This document shows, in pieces, positions 35,790 through 48,812 of a stretch of DNA of 64,000 nt (the first letter of the stretch is position 1; every line of letters starts with the position of its first letter). Below the pieces are notes generated by a model. It was not told the origin of the DNA, ran no database searches, and worked only from the letters and a program-made list of their open reading frames with translations. The translations under genes and the position numbers were made by a program. This stretch comes from Anaeramoeba ignava BMAN. Lineage: Eukaryota > Protista > Anaeramoebae. The DNA is taken from the NCBI GenBank assembly GCA_028826165.1, contig JAPDFW010000059.1:1240001-1304000 (forward strand), in the 5' to 3' direction.

Positions 35790-37490
35790 TTAATTAAAAT
35801 AAACTTCCAAATCTTTCACTTTCCAAGAATTCGAACCAGCAAAATAATTTTTTGCTTCATCAGAATTTTCATAAATCCCAGAAGGAAGAGAATAAATTTT
35901 CCCAAAATTAAAAGTTCCAGGTTTAAAATCTGAGTATAAAATCAAATCACAATCACCAAAAACAGGACCCCAACTTGAACTATAAAAAACAGCTTTGAAA
36001 TAATTTTCTTTTTTAATTGGGAACTTTTGAGGAGGATCGCCTTTTGGATTTTTCAATGAAAAAAGAAAGGCAGCTGAATCTGAAAGATATTCATCTTTTC
36101 CAGAAACAAAACCAGTTTGAGTAAATCCTCCAAAAATATATCCATCTTTTGTTTTAATAATAACTAAACTTTTTTCTTTATTATCACAATATTGATGAAA
36201 TGCTTTTGAATTGAATCCATTCATTTTGGCAGAAAAACCCAATTTGATTTTGGAAAAAAAATAATCATCATTGATCCATTCCTTCAGTTTCTTGACATGC
36301 TCCTTGATCAAGATAATCTGTGATCGCGAAAACACTGTATTCTGTACTTCATTGACTATTTTCTTTGATTTTTCAGTTTTCAGTGTTTCGCTCAGTTGAT
36401 TTGTATTTGTTTTGAAATGTTGAAGTTCTCTTTTCATTTTGACAGCTTTTTTCTTATAATGTTTGCTCTCCTTTTGCAATTTCGCCACAGAATTAGCAAG
36501 TTCAGTTATTCGGTCATCTCTTTGCTTTTTGATTCTTCTGTGCTCTTCTTTTTCCTTGATTTGATTTTCCATAAAGCTCTTCTTGATCTCAGTAATTTGA
36601 ATTTGTGTTTTTTCCTCATTTTCTATGTTCCTTTTTTCTAATTTTTGGAGGCTTTTTTCATATTGAGTTAGTTTTGTTTGAAGAAGCAAGTGCTTCGGTT
36701 GGAATTCCAATTTCTGCAAATCCACATCTTGTCTGATATCAAAATATTGATATGGAATTTGGTTCAACAAATTGTTTGTTAATTTGATAAAAAATTTCTT
36801 TCGAAAATCTTGATTGTCAAAATTGGCAGTTTTGGAAATCGCCCAATTATTAATAAACTCAACAAGCACATTTCCTTTTTGGGAATCATTATCTTTCCTA
36901 TACTTGATGATACCAAGAATTTCCTCTTGGCTAAGCTCTGCAATTTGCTTGTTGTTTTTGATTTTTCCAAGGTTTTCTGCGATGAATTCAATGGTTTTTT
37001 GCTCCATTTTTTTCGGTTGAATAATTTTATTCATAAAAAAGAAATCCAAAACATTATCTGGATTGATATCCACATCGAAAAAGTGTTGTTTAATCGATTC
37101 CGCGGCTAAATACAATTGAAATTTGGATGCAACAAACCAATAAAGATGGAGTTTATTTGGCTGATAGTATAATTTACTTGAATAAATATAACGAATAATA
37201 TCATAAACAACTTGATATTCAAATTCTGGAAAAAAAAGTTGTGATTCGTTTTTTTCTTTGAGAAATGCATTGAAAAAAGGGCTTCTTGAACGAAGAATTG
37301 ATTTGTGCGTTAGAATTTTTAAATTATTTGCTGTTATAATTTCAAAATCTGTATTTTTTTTTTCTTTGAAATGTTGATCATATTCTTGAATTAATTGTTT
37401 ACAGAATTTCTCATTTTTTAATCGATATTTTTTAATATTTTGTGATTTTCTTAAAGAATCAGAAAATGGACTTATTTGATTTTCATTCAT
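35790..37490 (-). CDS. BTB/POZ + coiled coil + TLDc domain protein (likely start MNENQ at 37490)
   Basis: BTB: TDFEI...HKSILRSRSPFF...IRYIYS. TLDc: GFNSKAFHQYCDNK..LVIIKT..GYIFGGFT...FLFSL...GPVFG...DLEVY. Confidence 0.9.
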   Translation of the reverse strand: MNENQISPFSDSLRKSQNIKKYRLKNEKFCKQLIQEYDQHFKEKKNTDFEIITANNLKILTHKSILRSRSPFFNAFLKEKNESQLFFPEFEYQVVYDIIRYIYSSKLYYQPNKLHLYWFVASKFQLYLAAESIKQHFFDVDINPDNVLDFFFMNKIIQPKKMEQKTIEFIAENLGKIKNNKQIAELSQEEILGIIKYRKDNDSQKGNVLVEFINNWAISKTANFDNQDFRKKFFIKLTNNLLNQIPYQYFDIRQDVDLQKLEFQPKHLLLQTKLTQYEKSLQKLEKRNIENEEKTQIQITEIKKSFMENQIKEKEEHRRIKKQRDDRITELANSVAKLQKESKHYKKKAVKMKRELQHFKTNTNQLSETLKTEKSKKIVNEVQNTVFSRSQIILIKEHVKKLKEWINDDYFFSKIKLGFSAKMNGFNSKAFHQYCDNKEKSLVIIKTKDGYIFGGFTQTGFVSGKDEYLSDSAAFLFSLKNPKGDPPQKFPIKKENYFKAVFYSSSWGPVFGDCDLILYSDFKPGTFNFGKIYSLPSGIYENSDEAKNYFAGSNSWKVKDLEVYFN

Positions 37491-37653
37491 TTTTGAATAA
37501 CAGAAACAAAAATAATAAAAACGAAAGAGAAAAAATGAAAAAAAAAAAATGAAAAAATAGGAAAAAAGATGATAAAAGAAAAAATAAAGAAAAGGGAAAA
37601 AAAACAAAGTAAAATCTTTTCTTTTATTCAATTTAAAAAATTTAAAAAAATTT

Positions 37654-40434
37654 TCAAAACAAATTTTCATTTGAATATTTTTTGATTTTTTTTCCAACAA
37701 ATTCAAATAATTTATAATAATTGTTTTTCATTTGCACAGATTTTTGGAAATCTGATGAAAAAAGTAAATAATCTATTAATTTTGGAATTAAAAATAATTT
37801 AAGATATTTTTGAATTAGCAAATCATTTGAAATTGCCTTTTGAAAAATAACTTGAGAAAATTGTGGATCAACATTTGACAATTCCAATGAATTTAAAAGA
37901 GAAAACTGAAACATTTTTTGATGAAAATTGAATTGATTTAATTGCGATAATTTTTTGTAATTTCGGTTCATTTTTTTCTTGAGAAATTGAGGACTTCCTT
38001 TTAAATAAGCAAAACTAAAGTTTTCGTGATTAGAAGCAGCTTTTTGATGGATTGAGTCAAGATAAATGGTTGTTTTCCAGTATTCAACCTCATTGGAAGG
38101 TATGAATTTTGCTTCTGGAAATTTATTTAAATTCATGCTTAACTGAACTCTTATTGAATTTTTCAGAATTTTATCTTCAAGAATTGAATAAATCATTGAA
38201 ATTAATTCTTTCGACATATTTTTGCCAATTTCGAATATATATTCTTTAACAAGATGTGCGATTTGGATCTCTCCACTATTGAATGCGTATTGGAAAACAA
38301 CAACACACTTTCTAAATTGCTTGGAAAACAACTTTCGGATTTTTTGCGAAACCGAATGTTTTTTGGATCGAATGCTTAAATCTTGAGAAAGTAAGAATAG
38401 CAACTTGCTGGTTGATTCGTGAATTATGTCCAATAGATGTGTTGTTAAATCATATCCAGGTCTTATTTTGTTTTTCAAATTGATTGTTAATCTGGAAGAA
38501 TATGCTTGTGTTTTAAATTGAATCAATAAATGCTCTGTTGAATCATAGATATTCTCAGCTGAATAATCGTCCATAAGAATATATTTGCGGATAAAGATGG
38601 AAAGTTTTTGGAAAAGATGCTCGATTGGCGTCCAATCTCCGAGCTTGAAAAGAAGACTGTCGGTTATTGAGACGCTTTGATTAATGATATTGTTAATGAT
38701 TTTCCAAGGCGATTTTTTTGCCTTTTCATACAATATTTTTTGGTGCTTTTGGGAGTATTTATGGTGCTTTTTTCTGTGTCTACTCTTGTGTCTATGAGCA
38801 TGATGCTTTTTGTTTCTGTTTCTTGAGTTTTGTGTTTGATCTTGACCTTCTTGACTTTCTCGACTAAAAACATTATCTTGTGATTCTATTTGCGGCTCTT
38901 CTACCGTTGGATGAATCATTTGTCGGAATAAATTTTCGGTATTGTTATCTGAATTATCTGAATTTCTTCTTGTTTCTCTTTGATTTAATAGCCTTTCGAG
39001 TAAAAATTGTGAGAGTAGACTTTGAAGTGAGTCTGAATTTTGAACTATATTTTCATTTCGATTCCTTATTGATGAAAATCTTATTGATCTCCCACCACTA
39101 TTATGTGAATTTTCAATAATTTGGGATATTAATAAAACAACACGTTCAAGAAGCCCAAATAATTCAGCATTTTGTGTTTCTTCTCCGTTAATTTCCACTA
39201 TCGATTCTCTTCTTATTATGGGTTCTTCTTGTTCTTCTTGTTCTTCGGCTCTTTCCTGGCTATCTGGATATAAACCTGGAATTATTTCTTCAAATTGGTG
39301 ACCAATGACACTAAAAATCAATCCAAGAAAACTCAATGATTTTTCTGATTTTTTGAATTCATTTAATCGTGAATTATGAAGTCTTATTGTTAAATTTGAA
39401 TTTGGATTTGGATTTGGATTTGAATTTGAATTTGAATTTGAATTTGAATTTGAATTTGAATTTGAATTTGGATTATTTTCATATTTCATTGAATTATATA
39501 TAAAGCCTGATAAATCAGAAAAAAATGATTTGAAAAAATTGAAATTGCTTGAAATTCTTGATGCAATTTCATCAAATCTAATAATTTGATGGTCTAAATT
39601 ACTCAAATCAAGATAATCTGATAAAGTTTTTTGGAATTGATGGTTTCCATATATTTGGTGTCTTTCCATATAAAAGATATTTTCCTCCAACAAATTTAAT
39701 GATTGAGAAAATTGATTAATAAGTTTTGTTTGATTTTCGTTGATTAAATTTTGCGAAAGAGAATTTTGATTAATTCTATTTCTTCTATTTCTTCTATGAG
39801 TTCTATTTCTTCTTGTTCTTCTTAATCTCCTTTGATTTGAAGAAGTAATTGGATGTTGATTAATAATAATAACATTTTCACTTGTTGAGCTAACAATACG
39901 AATAACAACTGAATTTATTGCTTGATTATTATGATTGTTATTGTTATTATTATTATTGTTGTTATTGTTATTATTGTTATTTTGATCTTCTATATTTAAT
40001 TCATTTGATTCTCTTTGGGTTTCATTTTGGATTGTTTCATTATTTGTATTTTCAATTAAATTTATAACTGAATTATTTTCAATTTCTTTTTTATTTATTT
40101 TTTATTTTATTAAATTAGTTTTTTTTATTTAATTAAATTAAATTTAAATTTTAAATTTAAATCATTTTTTTTACCATAAAAATCTAATCTTTTTTCATCA
40201 ATTAATTCTTTTCCTTCATAAACTAAACTTTGTTTTGATTCATTCATTCCTGTTCTTTGTGATATTTTCTTTTTCAATTCATAAACAGAAATCTAATAAA
40301 ATTTATTTAAAATTATTTTTTATTTTAATGATAAATTTGGAATTTTAAAATTATTTTTTTTATTTTACGTTTTGTTCAACTTCAATTCTAAAACTTTGAT
40401 TATTATTTTTTTTAATAAGAATTGAAATTGTCAT
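37654..40434 (-). CDS. BAG6: BAG6-like protein: N-terminal ubiquitin-like domain (3 exons) and BAG6 C-terminal motifs
   Basis: UBL MTISILIKKNNNQSFRIEVEQN|ISVYELKRKISQRTGMNESKQSLVYEGKELIDEKRLDFY|EIENNSVINL. C-terminal WKTTIYLDSIHQ...FSFAYLKGSP resembles BAG6 WVPIIQQD...LSDAYLSGMP. Confidence 0.7.
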
Positions 40435-40547
40435 GTTTAATATATATTTTATTCAAAAAAAAAAAGAAAAAAAGAAAAAAATGAAATTTAAAAAAAAGGA
40501 AAAATTTATTTATTATTAATTTATTATTTTTTTTCCTTTTTTTAAAA

Positions 40548-40975
40548 TTAAATCAAATCAAATCAATTTAAATCAAATCAATTTAAATCAATCAAATTAA
40601 ATTAAAATTAATTCAAATCAATTAAATCAAATTAAAATTAAATTAAATCAAATTAAATCAAATTAAATCAAAATTAATTCAAATTAAATTAAATCAAATC
40701 AAATCAATTTAAATCAAATTAAATCAATTTAAATCAAATCAAATTAAATCAAATTAAATCAAAATTAAATCAAATCAATTTAAATCAAATTAAATCAAAT
40801 TTATTTAAATCAAATTTATTTAAATTCAAATCAAATCAAATCAATTCAAATTTAATCAAATCAATTCAAATTTATTTAATTTAAATTAAATCAAATCAAA
40901 TCAAATCAATTTAAATCAAATCAAATCAATTTAAATCAAATTAAATCAAAATTAAATTTAAATTAAATTTAAATT
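40548..40975 (+). repeat. Intergenic AAATC/AAATT pentamer satellite
   Basis: Directly visible between the HTT 3' end and the BAG6-like 5' end. Confidence 0.9.
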
Positions 40976-41006
40976 CCATTTTTTTGTTAATTTAATTTAA
41001 ATTAAG

Positions 41007-44000
41007 TTAATTTTGCTTTGAAACTCTTTTGAATTGATGCGTTTTTGAAAGAAATGTTTTAGAATCAATCAAATCTAAACGAGAAATGAAATCAATTGAA
41101 ACAATGGAAAAAATATGAGAAATAACAGAATATTCTTTATCATTGAAAGTATTATAATGATTCAATTCAATCAATTTAAAAAACAAGTTTCGAATTTTAA
41201 AATCTTGAGAAAAACAAACAAGCAAAGAACACAAACACCAAAAAGAATAAGATTTGGGTTTCTTGCTCAAAACACCATCCAAAATACTCATCAAATCTTT
41301 GCTCATTTGATCGAGTTTCTGTGGGAAATTATCAAGCATATTGCAAGAAAGACTGAAAACAATTTTCAATAAAGGAACCAAATAAAATGATTTTGGATCG
41401 GAAATCACTTGCAATGTTGTTTGGAACAAATAATCCAATGATATGATTTTGTTTGTTAGCATCGGGATGATTCTTGCGATCATTTCCCCTTCAATCGATT
41501 GATTTGATTGAGTGATTTTCAACAAATCATAAATAATTCTTGAAATGGATACATTTTTATCAATTCCAATCAAAATATTTGTGAGCATTAATTGAAAAAA
41601 ACGAATGAATTTTTTGGATTCCATTCTTTTCAGTTTCGATTGGAAAACTGTGGAGATCATTTGGCAATGATCAACCGAAATCGGTCCAGTTATTAATAAT
41701 TGTTCTATTCCTCGTATAATACAATCAATATCATGATATCCCAAGCTTTTGCTTTTTAAAAACACGAAGCAAAGATCCAAAAACTCTTGCGCAAAATGCG
41801 AATCGACTGATTGTTTTGTGTATCTTTGAATTAATAGAAATGAAACGGAAAACAATAAATTCCGAATCGAAATGTTGGATTCGCTTTCAATTTGCTGCTT
41901 TAAATTCTTGAAAAGAAACGTGATTATCCCGAACATCACGCTATTTAATTTCACTTCAATTATATAAAGAAGCCCTTTTAATGCGGATAATATTGTCGCC
42001 TTATGAGAGCTCTTGAAGCATTTCTTCAACGTTTTTTGGATCAGCATGCTTCGATTTAAATTGTTTTCCGTTTCTTCTTGTTGGAAAGAAGCCGCCTTAC
42101 AAAGCCCAATGATTGCCATTCTTCTCATAATATCATCCGGTGAATTATTTGTGTTTTTCACAATATTTTCAAATATTGCTATTGTTTCTTTGAATTGTCT
42201 TTTGCCAAACAAATCGCTCAAAACCAAAATCGAATGAAGTGATTCTTTGATCAAATTAATCCCATATTGCTGAGGTTGCTTTTGTGTTTATAATTGTACT
42301 TAAATAGCTGATAAATTGTTGAACATATTTTCTGATTCGAATTCCTTCGTAAATTATATTAATTTTGCTTTGCTTGATTAATTCCCAAAGACTATATTGA
42401 TTTGCTTCTAATAATTCTTTTTCTCTTCCAAATTCCCTTTCTATATTGCTTTTAAAAGGAGATTTTTGGATCATTCTAAATTTGATTTAAAGGGAAAAAC
42501 ACACACAAAAAAAATATGTTTCCCCAAATTTATTGTAAGTAATAATTTAATATTAATATTTTTATTTTTTTATTTTTGTTTTTATTTTACATTTCATGTG
42601 ATTTCTGATTGAAAAAAGAAATCTCAAAACGGTTAAATGGATTATAAACAGAATAATACTTCTCTGATTTTGGATCAAAACATTTTATATAATGACCATA
42701 TGATTCTTCTTCTGGATTCACCATTTCAAATATAGATTGATCAATTATCAAATGTAAAAAAGAAAGAAATTGGCCTGATTTTGTTGATAAAATTTCTTTT
42801 GTTTGTTCTCTTGGATAAAATTTCCATTTCGAATTTGGATTCCCCATTTCTTCCCTAACCATCAATAATAAAAGCGATGTTAATCCTTGAATCAATCTGC
42901 ATTGAATGAGCTCAAATTCTTCAATAAGTTCTTTTTGCGTTTCTTTTTCTTGAGATGTTAAGCAATCCCATAAGAGATTCCAAAGCATCAAGAAATCTTG
43001 CGAAGAATTAACTCCAATGGAATTAATGATCATCAGTATTTTTTCAATCATTTCTTTTGGTTCATCCAAATCAAATAATTGAATTGAATTTTTCGCGTCT
43101 TTCATAAATACCCCATGGAAATAAATAATAAGTACCGATGAAAAAATCTTTTCATTCAACAAAATATTCGATAAATTTCTTCGCATAAGTTTTCGGATAA
43201 ATTTCTTGATAAGTTCCAATTCAAAAGATTGTATTTGCTCCTTGTTTTGGGTTGTGTTACTTTTCTCGTAATTCGGCATCGTGAATTTTTCGTTGTTCAA
43301 ACTCAACTCAAACAAGAAAGCCAATCCTTGCTTGTAATCATCTTCGTGTTTGTGGACATAATCTGTATTTAGTTCTAAAACTTTTTTCTTTGCTTCCTTT
43401 GTGTTTTTTGTGAAAACAATATAAGAGTGAGGCTTTTTCTTATTGTTTGTTGTTTCATCTTCTCGATTAAAAAGCCCATGAACCAAATTGGAAAAGATCA
43501 CAATAAACTTTTTTTCAAATTCATTCTTTTCCATTCTATCAAAAACAACACTAAATAATTTCATTAGCAAATTAAGATAACCGGGAAAATTTTGTGAAGC
43601 AAACGGGCATTCATTTGTAAAGTAAACGCATAAATTGATACAGAATCCGATTAAAAATTGGTTGTGGAGCAAAGTGTCCTTGTTTGCGAATAAATTTTCT
43701 TGCAAATATTCATTTTTTAATAATAAGGTGATTGTTTGGATAACAAAAGAAACTTCTTTATTCCATTTGGCATAATCGAGCTTGGCAAAAAAGTGTTTTG
43801 GATTCGACAAAGAATAGAAAATATAATCAGAAACAATCTCGGTAATAATTTCAAGAAATTTTGATTTTGGAGAAAGTGATAATATCAAGGGAATTGAAGA
43901 CAGAATGTGCTTTTTATCAATTTTAGAAAATTGTCGAAACTCAGGCTCTGTGTATCGTTCTGCATATATGTAGAACATTTTAGAACGAATCAACTGTTTC

Positions 44001-47000
44001 TCAAGGAAATTTTGATATTGTCCCAAATAGGATTCATTGTTGAAAATAATGCTTATTTGCAAAGGATGATTTGAAGTGTCAAATTCATCAAGTTCTAAAT
44101 TGATTTTCACAAAACGACGAATTCTTTCTGTTTGCTGTTTCTGTTCCGAATTGGGGGTGATAGACTTCTCCAAATTGATGTTCTGTATTTGCTGTTTCGA
44201 TCTTTCTCTGAGAGATTTTATTTTCAATTTCGGAATCATTTGCTTTAAAATAAGCTCCTTTTCTTGGTTTACATTCGGAATCATAACCACAAGATTTAGT
44301 AATCTTCTTGCAAAAGAATACGGAAGTTGGTCAGTAAGTTTTTGTTTACAAAAAGAAATTACAATATCAGCAAAATGATAGTCTTGATTTATAAGGCACT
44401 TGATTGAACCAGAAACAAAGGAAAGATCCAAATTAAGAAAGACTTGCTCCAAAAATTCAGGAGAATTCAAGACTGAATAAATGGAATCAATTGCAATTTT
44501 CTTTTCCTCATTGGATCCTTTTTCAAGTAAATAAAACGAGTTCTTTGAAATGTTATTAAACGCAAGATCCTGGATATATTGTATTTTCAATTTGGATTCT
44601 TTCCACAATTCGCACCACCACATAATTTCATCTTTCTTAGCAAGAATTTTTGATATTTCTATCAATTCATACAAGAATAATGTGTTTTGTTTTGAATAAC
44701 TTTTTCCTTGAGTCACATTCGAAAGCATTTCTTGAATTTTGAGTTTTATTTTTGCTTTGAATTCAAAGCTTATCCCATTTTTCTGCATAAAATCTCTTAT
44801 TAAAAACACCAAATAGCTAAAGTACAAAATCTCATTATTTGTAATTGTTTTGAAATTAGATTCATCGATAATTGTGAAAAGGATTTTTTCAAGAAATTGC
44901 GCACTATTTAGTTGTTGATTTGTTTTTTGAAATAATAAGTTCAATTCATTCAAGTTGAAAAAACGAAGTATTGGTGATAAAAACAAAACCACTGTTGGAA
45001 TGTTATCTAAATTTGCGAGTGATTGGTCAATAAATATTTCTTTGCGAATGAATTGAAGAAGAAGCAATGTTTCCATAAATCGAGAAATTTGTGTGAATAT
45101 TGTGAAATTTCCAAGAAGAATTTGGTTATTAAAAATATTTCTGTGGAGTTTCTTTGTCGATTTGATAATTGGATTAGCACCATCCTTTACAACTATTGAA
45201 AATATTTTAAGCATTTCTGATGATATTAAAGAAGATAAATCAGAATCATTATGAAATTTTGTTAGAAGATTTCCAAACAATTGAATAAGATAAATTTCAT
45301 GATTTTTTTCGATACTTCTTTTCAAAAATCTATGAGTTATTTTAGAAATTGAAGTATTCTGATAATTTGCTTCCAAAACTTCAAAAAAACTTTGTGATAC
45401 TTGAGAAAATATTTGAGTTTTATAAGATTGTGTTGATGTTTCCAAGCAATCATGAATAAAAGATTTGATCAAGTTGTGGATTTGTTTTGTTGAAAGATGA
45501 AGTTTTTTGTATCTTTTACTCAAAAATAATTTAATGAAAAAATGGATCAACGCTCCAAGAATTTTGATTTTGTGGTGGATATTTGGTGATTGTTTCATCA
45601 AATTAACAAAAATGGGACTTTGTATGAAATTGGTGATTTTTTCAGAAATGATTTGATGGTCTTTGATTTGGAGAATATTAGAAAACAGGAGCAATATTTG
45701 TGGAGAGACAGCGAAATGGCAAGTACTAATGAAATGATCTGATAAATAATTTATTAGCGGAGATGAGAGATTGAATGTGAAAAGTTTCAAATTTGAAATT
45801 TTTGAAGAAGGAGTGTTTGTTTCTAATTGTTCTGTTTTTTGCTTTTTTGAGTCAATTTGAAGAGGATATGAGGAAATCAATGAAGATAGACAAAAGGAAA
45901 CACTTCCTTGGTCGTAATTAGCAAAATAATTGAGTAATTCAATGATTCTTCTTGTATAAGAAACTTTAAGATGAAGCTCCATTTTTTGAAGAATTGATGA
46001 TAGCAGGTTTAAGCAATATTTGCGAATTTGGAAGAAAGAATTTTGTTTTAAATCTAGAGTTGCTTCTCCAAATTCTTTTGCTTGATGAATAACTTGAAAA
46101 AGATTAAAATAATATTGAAGAGTACAATATTCTCTATTTATATGTTTGTTTGAATAGCTGAGTAAAATTTTGAGTTCAGGAAAAGATTCAATATAATTAT
46201 TTTGTTCGATGAAATGGGAAGTGAATAAGGCATGGTTGATATTTTTGATGTTAATAGAGCGACTTTTAGCTGAATTATTATTTTCAACTTGTACTTGAAT
46301 TTGTTTATATGGAATTTGTTTATATGGAGTTTGTTGATGTGGAGTTTGTTTATATGGAGTTTGTTGATGTGGAGTTTGTTTTTGTGGAGTTTGTTTTTGT
46401 GGAGTTTGTGGATTTTGCTTTTTTGGAGTTAGACCTTGTTGATGCTTCTTGATCTTGAAAATATTTTTTTGCTTTTTCATTCCAAATAGTTTTATCGTTT
46501 GCTCAATGAAATGAAATTGTTGAGGTGAATTGTAAATTTCTTTTGGTATTTTGAATTCTTGAATATCTTTACAAATTTCTAAAATATTCAATAGATGGAT
46601 AACAACCTCTTCCTTTTGTTGGTTTGAAAAGGATAGATTGCCTAATATTTGGAAGTTTTTGTTGAGAATTTTAAGAATCAAAAGATGATGAAAAACACTA
46701 TTCTCAACTAAAGGAGAAAAGAGGAAATCTAACAATGTTGATTGAATAAATTGAAGGAAATCGTTGTTTTTGTTATTATTATTGTTATTATTGTTATTGT
46801 TGATATTAAGTTTTTTCTCTTTAAGAGCTTGAGAAACAATGAAATCGACAACAAATAAGAGACCTCGTAATTTGATTTGGTTTTGATTTGCTTGGAAAAA
46901 AGATTTAGAAATACGCTCTTGAATATCGAGCCTTTGTTGGTCTTGGCAAGAATAAAATGCAGCGCTAAGAACTTTTGCAGCTTGTTTGGATAAATTTTCA

Positions 47001-48637
47001 TTCTGATCAAATAAACATGAAAAAATGAAATCATTTATTTTTTCCTCAAGACTAAGTCGATTTTGTATGAATACTTTACTCCATTTGGAAAGCTCTTGAG
47101 GGTTATTGCGATAAATTTCAAGGAAATTATCTTGAATTTTGATTTTCAAAAATAAATTTAGGATGGAAATTTTTAGGTTGTGAGTATTAGTTTCGTTTCC
47201 TATATTGATAATTGGCTCTATGCATCTTACAGTGAAGTTTTGGAAAAGGGAGTTATTTCCAATCAAATGGGTAATTTTAGCGAGTGATTCAATAGATGTT
47301 TTTTGAACTTGTTGGAATTGTTGATTTTTAGTTGAAACAAGAATGGTTTCAATGAAGTTGTGTATTTCATCATTAAACTTGGCGAAATCTTTGCGAAATG
47401 AAGTTTTTGTGAGTTGACTGATAAGCTTTATACACTGCGATTGAGTTAAAGGATCATTGATTTGGAAAGCTTGTTTGATAAAGTGGAATTTTTCAGGCCC
47501 ATCTCCATATTTTTGGATGAAAGCATCTGGGTGTTTTTTGAGGATCTGAAGAAAGCATCTCAGAACCAAGTTTTTTACGGATATGAATACTTTTGTGTCT
47601 TCTATGATTTTCTCGAAAACAGGGAGTAATTCTTGCTCCATTTCGGTGAAATTTTCTTTGCTTGGTTTTTCGTCTTGATGAGGATAATTTGAAATGAGAA
47701 TTTGGATATTTTCTAATGAAATTGTAACCAAACTTGTGAGTGTTCTGCTGTAGTTTGTAACGAGTCTTTTGGCAATTTCAATTATTAATGGGTTGAATTT
47801 AATGGAAGAAGATTGTTTTGAAGTGTTTGTAAATAAATAGAAGTTGAATGTCAAAATTCCTTGTATATATTTTGCGTTCAAAAGAGCTTCACGATCAATT
47901 AATTTGAGTAGTGTTTTCTGTTTGGATTCACTTTTGGCGAGTTTTTTGTTGAAGTTAGCAAAAATAGAATCCCAAATAAAATCCAAACAGTTTCGCAAAG
48001 AGCAAGAATGTGCAATTACAACAAGTCCATTTGCACAATTTCTTTGTATGATTGTTGAATCATGACTTAAGTTTTGAATAAAAGCAAGCGATAGTTTATC
48101 CAAAATTTCCTTTTCGAAATGATTTCCGAAAATTTCAAACAATTTAACAAATTGATTTCGACTAAAAATTTCAAAATGTGATTCAACTGATTGATTTTTA
48201 ACAAAATCTGCCAATCCAATTATTAACAAAGACAAATTATTCTTTGAATTATTTAAATCTATCAAATGAGAAATTTCGCATAATTTCTCTAAAGAAATCA
48301 ACTTTGCTCTTGAAGTTAGTTTAATAAAGCTTTTAAATAAAGTTGAAATGATGATTTCTTTATAAAAATGAATCGAATTGTGAATAATTCGATTTAAATA
48401 TTCAGAAAGAATTAATTTATTATTTGAGTCTAAATAATCGGCATTTTTCAATAAAGTTTTTATTCCTATTTTGATTTTTTGAGGTGTTTGTTGAGGAAAT
48501 AATTTTTGTGAAATGATAATGTGTTTATAAATTGAAATTATTGAATCTAAAATTGTTTTTGATGGAAGTGAATTTGCTGATATTTGACTTTGTTGAATAT
48601 TAAGTAATAAATTTTGAATTGCTTTATTCCAATCCAT
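41007..48637 (-). CDS. HTT: Huntingtin orthologue (~2500 aa HEAT-repeat protein); exon 1 48637-42591, intron 42590-42476, exon 2 42475-41007 with apparent frameshift ~42256
   Basis: N-HEAT: SEYLNRII, LEKLCEISHLI, FGNHFEKEILDKLSLAFIQNLSHDSTIIQRNCA (cf. HTT [33 protein letters not shown]). C-HEAT: INSIGVNSSQDFLMLWNLL (cf. INTLGWTSRTQFEETWATL), SILVLSDLF (cf. SLLVVSDLF). Confidence 0.85.
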
Positions 48638-48812
48638 TTTAAAAATGAAAAAAAATGAAAAATGAAAAATGAAAAATGAAAAAAAAATTTTTTTATTTAA
48701 AAAAAAAAAACAAAAGAAAAATTACTAATTTTGATTTGAAATTATTTTATTTTTTTTAATTTTTTTTCATTTTTTTTCATTTTTCATTTTTCTAATTTTT
48801 AAAAATATTTCA
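48638..48812. promoter_or_regulatory. 175-bp bidirectional promoter HTT/OCRL with TTTTCATTTT initiator-like arrays facing each gene
   Basis: AAAATG repeats at 48642-48680 (TCATTTT on the - strand) and TTTTCATTTT at 48762-48790; central palindrome AAAATTACTAATTTT at 48718-48732. Confidence 0.55.

Noticed and set aside
37491-37706. Hydrophobic Phe-rich N-terminal extension of the BTB-TLDc ORF
   Set aside because: T-rich promoter/UTR overlapping the upstream gene; the ATG at 37490 fits the local AAAATG context.
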